From positions 1,312,001 through 1,376,000 of the forward strand of contig CAWGMQ010000008.1 in the NCBI GenBank assembly GCA_963823665.1: a stretch of 64,000 nt of DNA. Direction: 5' to 3'. Each line of letters starts with the position of its first letter. Positions within the stretch are counted from its first letter, which is position 1. Below are positions 51,810 to 62,708 of this stretch, one piece after another. The notes below the pieces were generated by a model, which was not told the DNA's origin, made no database searches, and saw nothing but the letters and a program-made list of their open reading frames with translations. Both the position numbers and the translations under genes were made by a program. Origin of the DNA: an uncultured Planctomycetota bacterium (GTDB lineage: Bacteria > Planctomycetota > Planctomycetia > Isosphaerales > Isosphaeraceae).

Positions 51810-52934
51810 ATGAGGATCCCCGCCATCTCGATGAATGATCCACTCACTCGGCCACTGGTCGCCCTGACGATGGGCGACGTCGCCGGCATCGGTCCAGAAG
51901 TCATCGTCAAGGGCTGGGCTGATCCCCGCCTGCATGCGCTCGCGCGGCCGCTGGTCATCGGCGATCCAGGCGCAATCGAACGAGCGTTTGCGTTCCTGGG
52001 AACGCACTGCTCATTACGCATCCACACGATGGACAGGCCGGAACAGGCTGACCCGTCGCCGGGCGTGATTCCGTGCCTGCGCGTGGCTGATGTTCCACGC
52101 GACCTGGCTGATGTCACTCTCGGTCGAGTCGACGCCCGCGCCGGACGTGCAGCCCACCAATTTCTCACGGCGGCCGCTGGACTGGCGATGGCCGGCAAGA
52201 TCGACGCGATCACCACGCTGCCGCTCAACAAGCTGGCCCTGCATCAGGCTGGCGTGATTCACCCGGGCCACACCGAGATTCTGGCGGAGTATTGCAACGT
52301 CCCCGAGCACGCGATGATGCTTTACCTCGAAGATGACGAATCACGTGCGCACGCAGCCGCCGCGAAAACGGCGCGACGAGGCAGTGGCCTCGGCGTCGTG
52401 CACGTCACCTTGCACGTCGCGCTCAAGCAGGTCTTCGAGTTGATCACGGCCGAATCGGTTCTCTCCAAGATCCGCCTCGCCGATTCGGCGATGCGGCCGT
52501 TGACCGGGGGCTTGCCACCGCGCATCGCCGTCTCGTCGCTCAACCCGCACGCCGGCGAGGAAGGCCTCTTCGGCGATGAGGAGATGACGCTCATCGCACC
52601 GGCCGTTCTTGCAGCCCGAAACGAGGGGATCGACGTTCACGGTCCGTTCCCCAACGACACGCTCTTCTATCACGCCCTTGCGGGCGATTATGACGCTGTT
52701 GTGGCCATGTATCACGATCAGGGGCACATTGCGCTCAAGACCGTCGGCTTCGATCGCGCGGTCAATGTCACGCTCGGACTGCCGATCGTCCGCACCAGCG
52801 TGGCGCATGGGACGGCGTTTGACATCGCCGGCAAGGGGCTGGCCGATCCATCCAGCCTGATCGCGGCAGTGCGCGTGGCTGCCAGGATCGTCGCGGGCCG
52901 ATCGCCAGGGGGCTTTCAATCCGGCGCGAGCTGA
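51810..52934 (+). CDS. pdxA: 4-hydroxythreonine-4-phosphate dehydrogenase
   Basis: TMGDVAGIGPE, GHTE, LNPHAGE, AMYHDQGH and NVTLGLPIVRTSVAHGTAFDIAG. Confidence 0.95.
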   Translation: MRIPAISMNDPLTRPLVALTMGDVAGIGPEVIVKGWADPRLHALARPLVIGDPGAIERAFAFLGTHCSLRIHTMDRPEQADPSPGVIPCLRVADVPRDLADVTLGRVDARAGRAAHQFLTAAAGLAMAGKIDAITTLPLNKLALHQAGVIHPGHTEILAEYCNVPEHAMMLYLEDDESRAHAAAAKTARRGSGLGVVHVTLHVALKQVFELITAESVLSKIRLADSAMRPLTGGLPPRIAVSSLNPHAGEEGLFGDEEMTLIAPAVLAARNEGIDVHGPFPNDTLFYHALAGDYDAVVAMYHDQGHIALKTVGFDRAVNVTLGLPIVRTSVAHGTAFDIAGKGLADPSSLIAAVRVAARIVAGRSPGGFQSGAS

Positions 52935-53073
52935 AGCCGAATACGACCACGGACAAGGCGAACCGGGCGGCTACCGGCCGTATAGTGAATCAACTACAAT
53001 AACGAGCTGACGACGTGACGGACGGCGTCGCGCTACCCCGGGTAGAACCGAGAACAAATCGGCGAGACCGGCG

Positions 53074-54024
53074 ATGAACACAATTGATTACATTTATCGC
53101 TTTGATCCCAAGAACCCCAGCCTCAAGCCGGCGCCGCCGGATGCGGAAGCCGCGCGAAAAACGCTGGAGGACGGCAACCGCATGTTCGCCAACTGGATGG
53201 AAAGCTGCCGCACCAGCGACGTTTCCAACGGCGGTTCCCGTTACGTCGTCCAGTGCAATGGGCTCGAAGTCGGCATGAACCGAATGCAAGGCCAGATGCC
53301 CAAGCAGGCGCCGTTCGCGGTCGTCCTGGGATGCTCGGACGCTCGCGTGCCGACCGAGCTGCTCTTCGGCCAGGGTTTCAACGACCTCTTCATCATCCGC
53401 GTCGCCGGCAACGTGCTCGGCGATGTGTGCATGGGCAGCATCGAGTTTGCGCTGAACGCGCTCAGTGAAAGCGTCAAGGTCGTCGTCGTGCTCGGTCACC
53501 TCGGCTGTGGCGCCGTGACGGGCGCTGTCGACTCGTATCTCCAGCCGCTCAAATTCTGGTCAAAAGCAAACCCGCTCATGCTGCGCACGATCACGCAGCG
53601 GATTTTCGTCGCGGTTCGCGAGGCAGCCAATGGGCTCAAAGAATCGTGGGGCACTGAAGCGCACACCATCCCCGGGTATCGCGAGGCCCTGATCGACGTC
53701 GCCGTCTGCGTGAATGCGGCTCAGGCGGCGTTTGACCTACGACTCGAGGTCGAGCGTGCCGCGAAATGGGAAATCGAGGTCATGTACGGTGTGTTCAGCC
53801 TTCGCAATCACCAGGTGAGCATGCCGGTCGATCCGCAGGCCACAATTGATCCCGCGAACGTCAATCTGGCGTACGCGCCGACCAATCCTCGCGAGTTCAA
53901 CGCCATCGCCGTCCGCATGGCTGACCTGCTCAAGCCCGCCGTTGTGAAGCCGAACCGAACACTCGAGAATGTTGCGAGCCCACCGGGCGACGACGGGGAG
54001 GGCGTTGCCGGAATTTGCAACTGA
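53074..54024 (+). CDS. Beta-class carbonic anhydrase
   Basis: LEDGN, QAPFAVVLGCSDARVP, RVAGN and GHLGCGA (zinc ligands intact). Confidence 0.92.
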   Translation: MNTIDYIYRFDPKNPSLKPAPPDAEAARKTLEDGNRMFANWMESCRTSDVSNGGSRYVVQCNGLEVGMNRMQGQMPKQAPFAVVLGCSDARVPTELLFGQGFNDLFIIRVAGNVLGDVCMGSIEFALNALSESVKVVVVLGHLGCGAVTGAVDSYLQPLKFWSKANPLMLRTITQRIFVAVREAANGLKESWGTEAHTIPGYREALIDVAVCVNAAQAAFDLRLEVERAAKWEIEVMYGVFSLRNHQVSMPVDPQATIDPANVNLAYAPTNPREFNAIAVRMADLLKPAVVKPNRTLENVASPPGDDGEGVAGICN

Positions 54025-54094
54025 CGCGACCTGCATCGCGACGGTCATCTCGAGTTGAAGGGCGGAGATAGACGCCCGGCGACGGAACCGCGCG

Positions 54095-55330
54095 TCACCT
54101 CCGCACGATCTCGACCTCGACCCAGTTGGTCCGGGTGGCGCCCGGCCATATCGACCGGATTTCGGGGTCGGCCCAGCCGCGCTCGGGCACGGGCTCGAGC
54201 GCCAGGCGTACGCGCCGCCGCCCCGGCCGTTCGATCGAGCGGGCATCGATCGACACGATTTCGCCCAGCGGAATTCGCTCGACGGGGGTTGCCGGATCGT
54301 GAGCATCCCGCGGTCTCGTTCCCTGTCCGCTCAGGATGAGCATGCCTGCGGGTATGGCGTGCTCGGTGCCCTCGATTTCGAGCGAGATCGCGTGTGCGAG
54401 GTCGCTCGGCAGGGGCGTGGTCACGGCCAGGCGGGGCGGGTTGCGGATGGCAAACTCTGATCCCAGCGCCAGGAAGGTTGCCGGCTCGCCATCGCCGCCC
54501 TGCGCCGCTTCGAGTCTAATGGCCTGGGAGATCTGTGCATCGCGGTTCGAGTCGGGCACGGTGGTGATCGCCGTGAGCTCCAGCAAGGGGTCGAACTCCA
54601 GGTTAAACGGCACGTGTGGAAGCTCGAATTCCCACGAGCCGGTGAGGCCGGTTGTTCGCACTCTTGTCTGCAAGACCAGGCGATGCGGACCATTGGTCTC
54701 GAAGTCTCCCGGCACGATGGCGAATTGAGCGTGCCCCCGGCCGCCGGTCCAGGGAGAGAACTCTTCGAGAGTTGCTCGCCGCGTGCCCAGGACGCGGTGC
54801 GACCATTCCAGATTCTCGGGACGAATCCGGCCGGACTCGCCGTCAAGGAACGGGACTTCAAATTTCACGGCGATCGGTATCTCGGCCCGAAGCGCCCGTG
54901 GATAACGCCGGCGTGCGTTCCACGTGACGTTGTAGCCGCGGCGCACGATCGCTTGCTCTTCCTCGGCCACGAGCTGGTCCAGAAACCAGAGCCGCGCGAG
55001 CGCTTTGCCTGCGGCCTCGCGCAAAGGCTCGGAGCGGCTCGAGCTGAAGAGTCGCAGCAGCTCCCAGACGGCGGCACGTCCATGTTCAGCGGCCGCCAGG
55101 ACCTCCTCCGGTGTAACCTTGGGATCTTCGAGCCGCGCGACGGCCTTCCGGGCGCGCCACCCCGCTCGCAACTTGCGCCAGCCGCCGAGCGCGATGGCCG
55201 CTCCCAGAATCACCCAGACCGCTGTCTTGGGCTCGCGGAGCCAGTTGCGACCGCGGGATCCTCCTCGCGAGAGGATCTGCGGGCGGCGTGCCGCTGGAAC
55301 TTCCCGACCCGGCTGATTCACGTCTTGCAC
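54095..55330 (-). CDS. Hypothetical membrane-anchored protein (N-terminal TM, HEAT-like helices, beta-rich C-terminus)
   Basis: 411-aa ORF with TM AVWVILGAAIALGGW; co-oriented 5 bp after the upstream gene. Confidence 0.7.
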   Translation of the reverse strand: MQDVNQPGREVPAARRPQILSRGGSRGRNWLREPKTAVWVILGAAIALGGWRKLRAGWRARKAVARLEDPKVTPEEVLAAAEHGRAAVWELLRLFSSSRSEPLREAAGKALARLWFLDQLVAEEEQAIVRRGYNVTWNARRRYPRALRAEIPIAVKFEVPFLDGESGRIRPENLEWSHRVLGTRRATLEEFSPWTGGRGHAQFAIVPGDFETNGPHRLVLQTRVRTTGLTGSWEFELPHVPFNLEFDPLLELTAITTVPDSNRDAQISQAIRLEAAQGGDGEPATFLALGSEFAIRNPPRLAVTTPLPSDLAHAISLEIEGTEHAIPAGMLILSGQGTRPRDAHDPATPVERIPLGEIVSIDARSIERPGRRRVRLALEPVPERGWADPEIRSIWPGATRTNWVEVEIVRR

Positions 55331-55335
55331 TGTAG

Positions 55336-56121
55336 TCAGGCCCGCCCGATCGGTGCGACGATCGCCTTCCGTTTCATCAGCCCGCGCCGCGGCCCGTGCA
55401 GCGGAACCCGCGATGGTGCCGGACGCGTGCCGGCTGCCGGCGCATTCGCCCCCGGCTTCGGCCGTGGGTTTCCCGGCTGCTCCGGCACGACGATCGGCTT
55501 CTGACCGGGACCCTCGCCCTCGGGAAGCTCTTCAATGATCGTCGGCTTCCGCACCCGGCCGCCCTGCCGGTCGTCTCCCATCAAATCTCGCAGCTCATCG
55601 ACGTCATCTTGAAGAGCGTGCAAATCGCGATGCAGTGCCTGCAACTCGGTCAAGATCCGACTCGTGGGATCGTCCGATCCTTCAACGTCTGTGATGATCA
55701 TCAAGTTGTCTTCCGCCACGATGCGATACGTCAGCCCCACCTGGTCGAGCAGCAGCTTGAGGCCGGTCTTGAGCCGGACGCCATCGAGATCGAGCTGAAC
55801 CCGGTCCTCGGGTTCGACGTCTTGCCTGCCGAGTGCAGCCAGATCGAGCACCACCTCCGATTTGAGCGTCTGCTTCAGATGCGCGCAGACCTCGAAGAGC
55901 GGCGTCGGCTTTGCAAAGGGAAAGCGGTAGGGCCGGAGCAGAGCAACCTCGAGGGACGAGCCCTGTTTGGGCGCGTCGCCATCGGCGACTTCGGGCGCCG
56001 CAGGTCCGCCCCCTTTGGAAGTGCCCTGTTCGATCCTCGCCGCGCCGTCCGGGGCTCGCAATAAGAGCAGCAAGCCGCCGATCAATCCTGTGAAAACGAG
56101 CAGCCAGCGATTCCGAGTCAT
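55336..56121 (-). CDS. Exported hypothetical protein with STN-like domain and coiled coil
   Basis: Signal MTRNRWLLVFTGLIGGLLLLL; PLFEV...VVLD...VQLDLDGVRLKTGLKLLLDQVGLTY.I..DNLMIIT. Confidence 0.7.
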   Translation of the reverse strand: MTRNRWLLVFTGLIGGLLLLLRAPDGAARIEQGTSKGGGPAAPEVADGDAPKQGSSLEVALLRPYRFPFAKPTPLFEVCAHLKQTLKSEVVLDLAALGRQDVEPEDRVQLDLDGVRLKTGLKLLLDQVGLTYRIVAEDNLMIITDVEGSDDPTSRILTELQALHRDLHALQDDVDELRDLMGDDRQGGRVRKPTIIEELPEGEGPGQKPIVVPEQPGNPRPKPGANAPAAGTRPAPSRVPLHGPRRGLMKRKAIVAPIGRA

Positions 56122-56398
56122 GTTCCGGTCCCTTCGACTCAAGTCGATCGTGGCCAGGAAATCAAGCTGTTTTCCAGGGCGCAGGCCTTCCAGGCCCCGC
56201 CCTCCGTCAACCCGCATTCTACCCGCGAGAGGCTCAAACCGACTAGCGGAACCGAGTGCCCAGATCCAGTTCGGGCCTTCGGGATCGTGAACACCTTACC
56301 GTGACGATCGCCGCAAGACGTTCTGCAATCGTCTGGCTTCTGGTAAACTACGACAGAACGAAAGCTGACGCTCCGTAGCCTGGCAGGGCGCGGCTCCC

Positions 56399-56424
56399 GG
56401 GAGGGCGAGGCTCCTGGCGAGCCG
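56399..56424 (+). repeat. REP-like palindrome
   Basis: GGGAGGGCGA-GGCTC-CTGGC-GAGCC-G hairpin, with a degenerate copy immediately upstream (56383-56403). Confidence 0.55.
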
Positions 56425-56507
56425 AGCGGGCGTTCGCATTCCCGTTCGCGCGCTCACCGTTTTACGAATCGGCTTCCGGCGATCACGAAGGTGGGAACCA
56501 CGCGGTC

Positions 56508-57110
56508 ATGACGGCTAAGCCTCCCCAGCCGACGGTCTACGTCATCGCCGGGCCCAATGGTGCCGGCAAGACAACATTTGCGACCGAGTTCCTGCCGAAT
56601 TTCGTGAGTTGCCGCGAGTTCTTGAATGCCGACTTGATCGCCGCGGGCCTCTCACCGTTCGCTCCGGAGACCCAAAACATGCGTGCGGGCCGATTGCTGC
56701 TCGAACGCATTCGAGAACTTGCTAAGACAGGAAGGGACTTCGGGTTCGAGACGACGCTCGCGGGCCGGATACACGTCAAGCTGCTTACCGATCTGAGGAA
56801 ATGGGGTTACCGGATCAATCTCTTCTTCCTGTGGCTGCCCAGTGCGGATATGGCGATACGCCGCGTCCAGCAGCGTGTATCGGAAGGAGGGCACGGCGTG
56901 CCTGCTGACGACGTGAGGCGCCGCCATCGCCGAGGACTGCGAAACTTCTTCCGACTGTATGGTCCGCAAGTCGACTCATGGTGGCTTTACGACGCCTCCG
57001 CGACGCCTTGCACCCTCATCGCTCAGTTTGAAAATGGAACCCCGTTCGCCCTCGACCCCGAACGATTTCGCCAGATCCGCAAATCCACCGAGGAGAAGCG
57101 CGATGACTGA
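56508..57110 (+). CDS. Zeta-toxin-like P-loop ATPase/kinase
   Basis: VIAGPNGAGKTT, FLNADLIA, FETTLAG, RVQQRVSEGGHGVP and YDAS. Confidence 0.88.
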   Translation: MTAKPPQPTVYVIAGPNGAGKTTFATEFLPNFVSCREFLNADLIAAGLSPFAPETQNMRAGRLLLERIRELAKTGRDFGFETTLAGRIHVKLLTDLRKWGYRINLFFLWLPSADMAIRRVQQRVSEGGHGVPADDVRRRHRRGLRNFFRLYGPQVDSWWLYDASATPCTLIAQFENGTPFALDPERFRQIRKSTEEKRDD

Positions 57111-57300
57111 CAACCCCGAAACGTCGATGCGCGCGAAGGCAGACGCCGCCTTCCGTCAGGCGGCGGCCAAGGTCATCGCTCGCGCCAGACAGCACGGCAC
57201 ACGGATCATCCTCTACGAAGACGGCCAGATCGTTGAGCGCACCTGGCAAGAAATGGAAGAAGCTCTCGAGCGACAATCAATTCACCCGCGCGAAGAATGA
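57103..57300 (+). CDS. Small protein coupled to the zeta-like ATPase (putative antitoxin/partner)
   Basis: ATGACTGA overlap and an AGGAG RBS. 65 aa, AFRQAAAKVIARARQHGTRIILYEDGQIV. Confidence 0.75.
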   Translation: MTDNPETSMRAKADAAFRQAAAKVIARARQHGTRIILYEDGQIVERTWQEMEEALERQSIHPREE

Positions 57301-57451
57301 ACGTCGCCCGTGAGACTTGACGCCAGGTCGTGCATCCCCCGATGCTAGGCCAACGTGGGTTCGATCGAGTTCCTGTCAGTCCTTTCATCCCGGTGCAGTG
57401 ATGCGGACGTTTCTCACGGGGCTAATAGTGCGGTCAGGAACGATCGTTCGC

Positions 57452-60400
57452 CTAGGGCGGTCCGAAGACGTCGTCGGGCAGCTCGCCGATCGGCCCGGCC
57501 AGGACGGCCTCGGCCTCGGCGCGGAATGCTGCTAGCTCCTTGGTTTCGTTGGCCCTCAGCGACGATGCGTGGCTCGCCCAGTCGATCGCGCGATCGAGAC
57601 ATCGACGCGCGTCGACTCGGTGCCCCAGGCGGTGATGGGCCATGGCGAGGAAGAACAAGTCGAAGCCATCGAACTGGCCTTTTCCGGCTGCGAGGCTCTT
57701 CTCCAGGGTCGTCACGGACTCGGCATATTTACCCGCTCGAAAAAGGACGACTCCCCGGGTGTTGAGCGACACCTGCTGCCCAGGTTCCAGTTCGACGGCC
57801 CGGAGGCTCAACTCGAGCGCCCGTTTTAGATCCGCACTTGACTTTAGGTTCGCGCCCAGGTCCCAGGCGAGGTTATTACAGCAGGTGGCCAGCAGCTCGC
57901 GGACCGGCGACCGCGACGGATCGAGCTTCAGCACGGCTTCCAGGTCTGGGATCGCGGGCGCCCAGTTCCGGAAACTCGCGGCATTGATCTGGGCTCGGAT
58001 GTACAGGAGATGTCCATCATCGGGGCGAAGGCGGATGGCTCGGTTCAGGTCGTCGATGGCTGCCGCCGGGCGACCGAGCTTCGCCAAGGCATGGGCGCGA
58101 TGGTGGTAGGCGTCGAAGTCATCGGAATTCTGCCTGATTCGCCCGCTGTACCGCTCGACCCGCGTCCCGGGATCATCAATCATGTCGTGTTCGATGTAGG
58201 GCGTGAGATGTCCATAATCGACCTTGAGCGGGGGCAGTGGCGGCAGGTCGGGCCGGGCTGTGTCGACTGCGGGGAAGGCCGGCGCATCCCAGTCGAGGCC
58301 CATCTCCACGAGGCGTCGGCGAATGACTCTCAAGTCGATGACCTGCGTGGACGGCGGATCGTTGGTCGTCGCGACGAGCCGAGAGGCGTCGGGGCTGAAT
58401 GTGACCCAACCCAAGGTTTTCTGATCGGGCGTTTCAAGCCGCGCGAGGACGCGGCTGGTCTCGATCTCGACCACCCTGAGAACGCCGCTCTGATCTCGGA
58501 CGATTCCCAGCCGGCCGTCGGGCGAGAAGCCCAGAAAGATATCCTCGAATTGCCCGACCTCACGCCAGCTCCCGACCTGCCAGATCCGGCACGTTCCTTG
58601 CGGCGTAGCGACCAGCCATTTCCCATTGGGACTGAATTGCGCGCCACCCAGGTCGAATGGGAGATCGGGCACCCTGGCGCCGTCCGGAAGACTCCAGAGC
58701 ATCAGGCCGGTGTCCATGTGATTGCTGGTCAATAGCCATTTCCCGTCGGGGCTGAGCGAGAGGCTCCGGCAGTCATTTAGTGGCCCGATCTTGATGGGTC
58801 GGTTGCCGAGCAAAACCTGGGCCTCCCCGTGCGCGGCCACGGCGACGATCTGGCCCGTCTGGTCCGTGGCGATCTGGCAATATGTTCCCGACAATGGCAA
58901 GATGCGAGGTGGTCCGATCCGAACTTCGCCGCTCGTCGCATCAGTTTGAATCGCCCATCGCAAGACGCCGGCATCGCCGTTGGTGAGCAGGTCGCCCGAG
59001 GGCTCGAACATGCTGTGCCAGGCGTTCCCTATCGACAGGAAGCCGAGCTCCGTCTTGCGTGCCAGGTCCCAGAGGATGACCCCGCAGTCGGTGCCCACGG
59101 CCAGGATCCGACCGTCGCGATGAATCGACGCGCGTGCATGATTCAGTGCGCGGTTCGAGGCATACCGGAGCGTCGTGTATTCGACGGCCGGGTTGACCTG
59201 CCAGGGTCGAATACCAGATCGCAGGCTAACGAAGATCCGTCCGTCCTTCCTGAAGGCAAAGCCCCCGCCCGTCAGGCTGAGCCGCTCTCGGCCCGTGGCC
59301 GTATCCCAAATCCGCAGGCGACCCTCCCAGGTATTGCTGGCCAGTAACGTTCCGGCAGGGTGGAAGGAGAGATCGAGGCCGCCGTGGGCAAAAGGCAATT
59401 CCAGTGTTGCTCCTCGTTCGCCCCTCGTGGCGCTGAAAAGGGAGATCTTGCTCGCGTCGATTGCCGCGATCGCCAGCGTCGAGCCGTCGGGGCTCCACGC
59501 AACCGGTCCGCCGGGTGGGTTTGACACGGTCCTGAGCTGCCGGCCGGTTTCGGCATCGAGGATGAGGCACGCGGCTGGATTGCCGGCATAGACAACCGCA
59601 ATCGCCCCTCCATCGGGCCGGAATGACAGATAGTTCACTGGGCGCCGTCCGTTCCAAAGCCGGGACAGTCCAGTCGCCAGATCGTACACCTGGACCGTGC
59701 CGTCACGAGCGGCGACAGCGATCCGACGACTGTCGGGGCTGAATCTCGTCGCCCAGCCGTCGCAAACGCCCGGCGCGGTCCAGACGAGGGAGTTCCTGTC
59801 GACGTCCCAGACCGAGATGGAGTCACCATCCTTGGAGGCGAAATACTTCCCATCGGGGCTGAAGGTGAACACAGGAGAGTGCAGATCGTTCTTCGCAATG
59901 AACCGAGCGATCTCCTGTTCGTCGCCGATCCGCCGGACCAAGATGGTCCCATCGATTTGCCGAAATGCAAAACGAGTCACGCCACTGTCCAAGGCGAAAT
60001 TCGTGCTCGAACTGGGCGGTTGGAACGATGGGCCCGCCGGCTTCATGTCGGGCAGCATCATGCTGGCAATCGCCTCGTCGCGGAGCCGGTCGAATCTCTC
60101 GGCGGGAAATCCGAGCTCGCGGCCGATCTTCACCGCTTCCGTAATGGCATCCAGGCTGTCGAACCGCTGGCCGGGCTGACGGCTGAAGCGGCTGGCGCGG
60201 GCCTGGGAGGTCTTGGCTTCGAACAGCTTTTTGCGCCCCTCGATTTCCGATACTTCCAGGTCCTTGGCGTAGGCGGCGTACCGTTCCCGGCTGTCGCGAT
60301 AGAATTTGGCCATGATCGTCGCACCGATGGCCAGGGCGATCGTCGTCGTGGCGGCGGTGATACTGGCTGTGGCCAGCAAGGGATTTCGTTTGCACCAGCG

Positions 60401-61779
60401 CCCGAACCGCTCGGCGGGTGAGATGGGACGCGACCGGGTTGGAAGGCCTTGGGCGCAGCGTTGCAATTCGTCGGCCAGCTCGCGAGCCGAGCCGAAGCGA
60501 TCCTTGGCATCCTTGGCCAGAGCTTTCAGAATGATGGTTTCCAGGTCGCGAGGGACGTGGTGGTCGATGAGCCTGGGACGCTGCGGCGGTTCATGTACAA
60601 TCTGGTCGATCAACCTGACCTGGTCCGTCCCGTCGAACGCGGGCCGCAGCGTGACCAGCTCGTAGAGGGTTGCACCCAGGGCATAAATGTCGCCGCTTCG
60701 ACCCGAGCGTCCTCGGAATCGCTCGGGAGCCATGTACCGAAGCGTGCCCACCATATCCTGCGATTTCGAAACGTCCTCGCCTCCCTCCATCTTGGCCAGG
60801 CCGAAGTCAGTCACCCAGACGTTGCCCTGGACGTCGAGCAGCAGGTTGGAAGGCTTGATGTCGCGATGGAGGACGCCCGCGCGGTGGGCATGCTCCAAGG
60901 CATCAGCCACCTGGCGCAAACCCTGGCGACCTGCCGGTAATACCGGCCCTCGACCGAACCACCCAGCGATGAAGCGGTGAACGACGGCACCTCGCGAGGC
61001 ATCTCCGGTTCCTCGTCGAGCACATCCTCGACGATCGGAGCGGATTCGGCATCGCTCGCGTCGGAAGGCCCGGTCACCGTCGGGGCCAAATCCGGTGTCT
61101 CGCCGATCGCGAACTGGCCGGTCAAAAGCCCTTCGGCAGCAGAGCGCGGCCTGACGATGGCTGGCGCAGCGCCCGAGCCACGAAATTCGCGGGTGAACGT
61201 CATCTCCTCTGGCGAGCCATCCTCTCTGAGTCGACGGAGGTCCTTGAGGACACTGTCGAGCGGCTGCCCCTTGATGTACTGCATCGCATAGTAGCAAACG
61301 CCGCCTTGCTCGCCAAAATCGAAGACGCTGACGATGTTCGTATGGTGCAGCCCCGCCGCCGCTCGGGCCTCGAGGTTGAACCGGCGCAGGAACTTCTTGT
61401 CGTTCCGGATGCGCGGATGCATCACCTTGAGCGCCACCCGGCTCTTGAGCGAGCTGTGCTCGGCCTCGTAGACCACTCCCATGCCCCCGCCGCCGATCTG
61501 GCGGACGATCCGGTAGTCGCCCAGGCTCTCCGGATGGTTAAGGGTCATCGAGCCGGAGCCGTGCGCTGGAGAACCTCGTAGCGAGCCGGTGGAACCACCG
61601 AGTTGCTCCAGCTCCAGCAGAGCTGGGATGATTTCCTCTAGCTCCTCGGCCAGATGGGGATGGCGAGCGACCAATTCGGGGAGCGAGGGTCGCTCGCCTT
61701 TCCGGAACCGATCCAGGAAAGCTTCCACCACGGGCCCGACGCCATCGTCGGCCGAACTCGATGTGCCTCGATGGTTCAT
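57452..61779 (-). CDS. Ser/Thr kinase - TM - WD40 repeats - TPR; frameshift near 60920
   Basis: IGGGGMGVVY and VALK (ORF 60811-61953 frame), then HRDIKPSN, DFG, GTLRYMAPE, TM, many FSPDG WD repeats and NNLAW TPR (ORF 57452 frame). The ATG overlaps the sigma stop (ATGA). Confidence 0.9.
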
Positions 61780-62446
61780 TGCCAGAATCCTGTTCCCGTT
61801 CCGGAGAGTGCGGTGAGGATTTGCTTGAGACGTTTCAACGCCCGAATATAACGCTTCGTGGCCGCCGATTCGCCGAGGCCGAGCACTCGCGCCACTCGCC
61901 GTTGGAGAGCTGCTCGAAATGCCGCAGGACAAGGACCTCGCGGTCGATGTCATCCATCGTATTGAGTGCGTCTTGCAGCCTCAGCTTCCGTTCGGCCCGG
62001 ATGGCCACCTCGCTCACCCGGGTCTCCCGGCCCAGGAGCTGGGCCGCGATCGCGGCCGAGGATGCCACGGGCGACGCCACGCCGTGAATCGAGATCTCTC
62101 GACCCGCGTTCCTCGCTTCCGTCCCGAGGTGGTGCCGGTGCGCGATCTGGAGCCGCTGAAGGGTGAGGAACCGCAACCAGAGGAAAGGAGGCATCGGCTC
62201 CGGTTCGCGCTCGTAATCCGCCTTGCGCTCGGTCGCCTCGAGAAACGCTTCCTGAATCACGTCGGAGGGATCGATCCGGCCTAACAAGCGTTCATCAAGC
62301 CGGAGCGCGACCATCCGGCGCAGGCGGTCGCGGTGGCCGGCCAGGAATCCGCCCCAGTCCGTCTGTTGCGGCCGCCTGGGATGATCGGAATCCTGATCGC
62401 AGCCCCCTCGCGCTCCTTCGTCCGGGGGGGGTTTGTCGATGTCCAT
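61776..62446 (-). CDS. ECF sigma-70 factor, planctomycete type; frameshift near 61895
   Basis: HRDRLRRMVALRLD...DPSDVIQE...FLWLR...DREVLVLRHFEQLSNGE. The shifted frame continues ARVLGLGESAATKRYIRALKRLKQIL...FWQ*. Confidence 0.88.
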
Positions 62447-62708
62447 ACTCCAAGACTGCGCCGGGAGAGTTTCGGGACAAGAAATTATCCAGAATTCGAA
62501 TTGGAGAGCGTTACACCGAAATCCACGGTTACACCGAGACCAACTTCGTGGAATTCGCGGTGCTGGGGGCTCTCGGGGAGTTTGGCAGAAATTCTGGGCC
62601 GCGGATTTTGTTCGGAAAGGATGACCCGAACAGCACGACACGCGCAGTCCTTTTGATGGTCGGCTTCAAGACGTCATGCTAAAGTCGAGAGGGTGGGGGA
62701 GCATTTCC

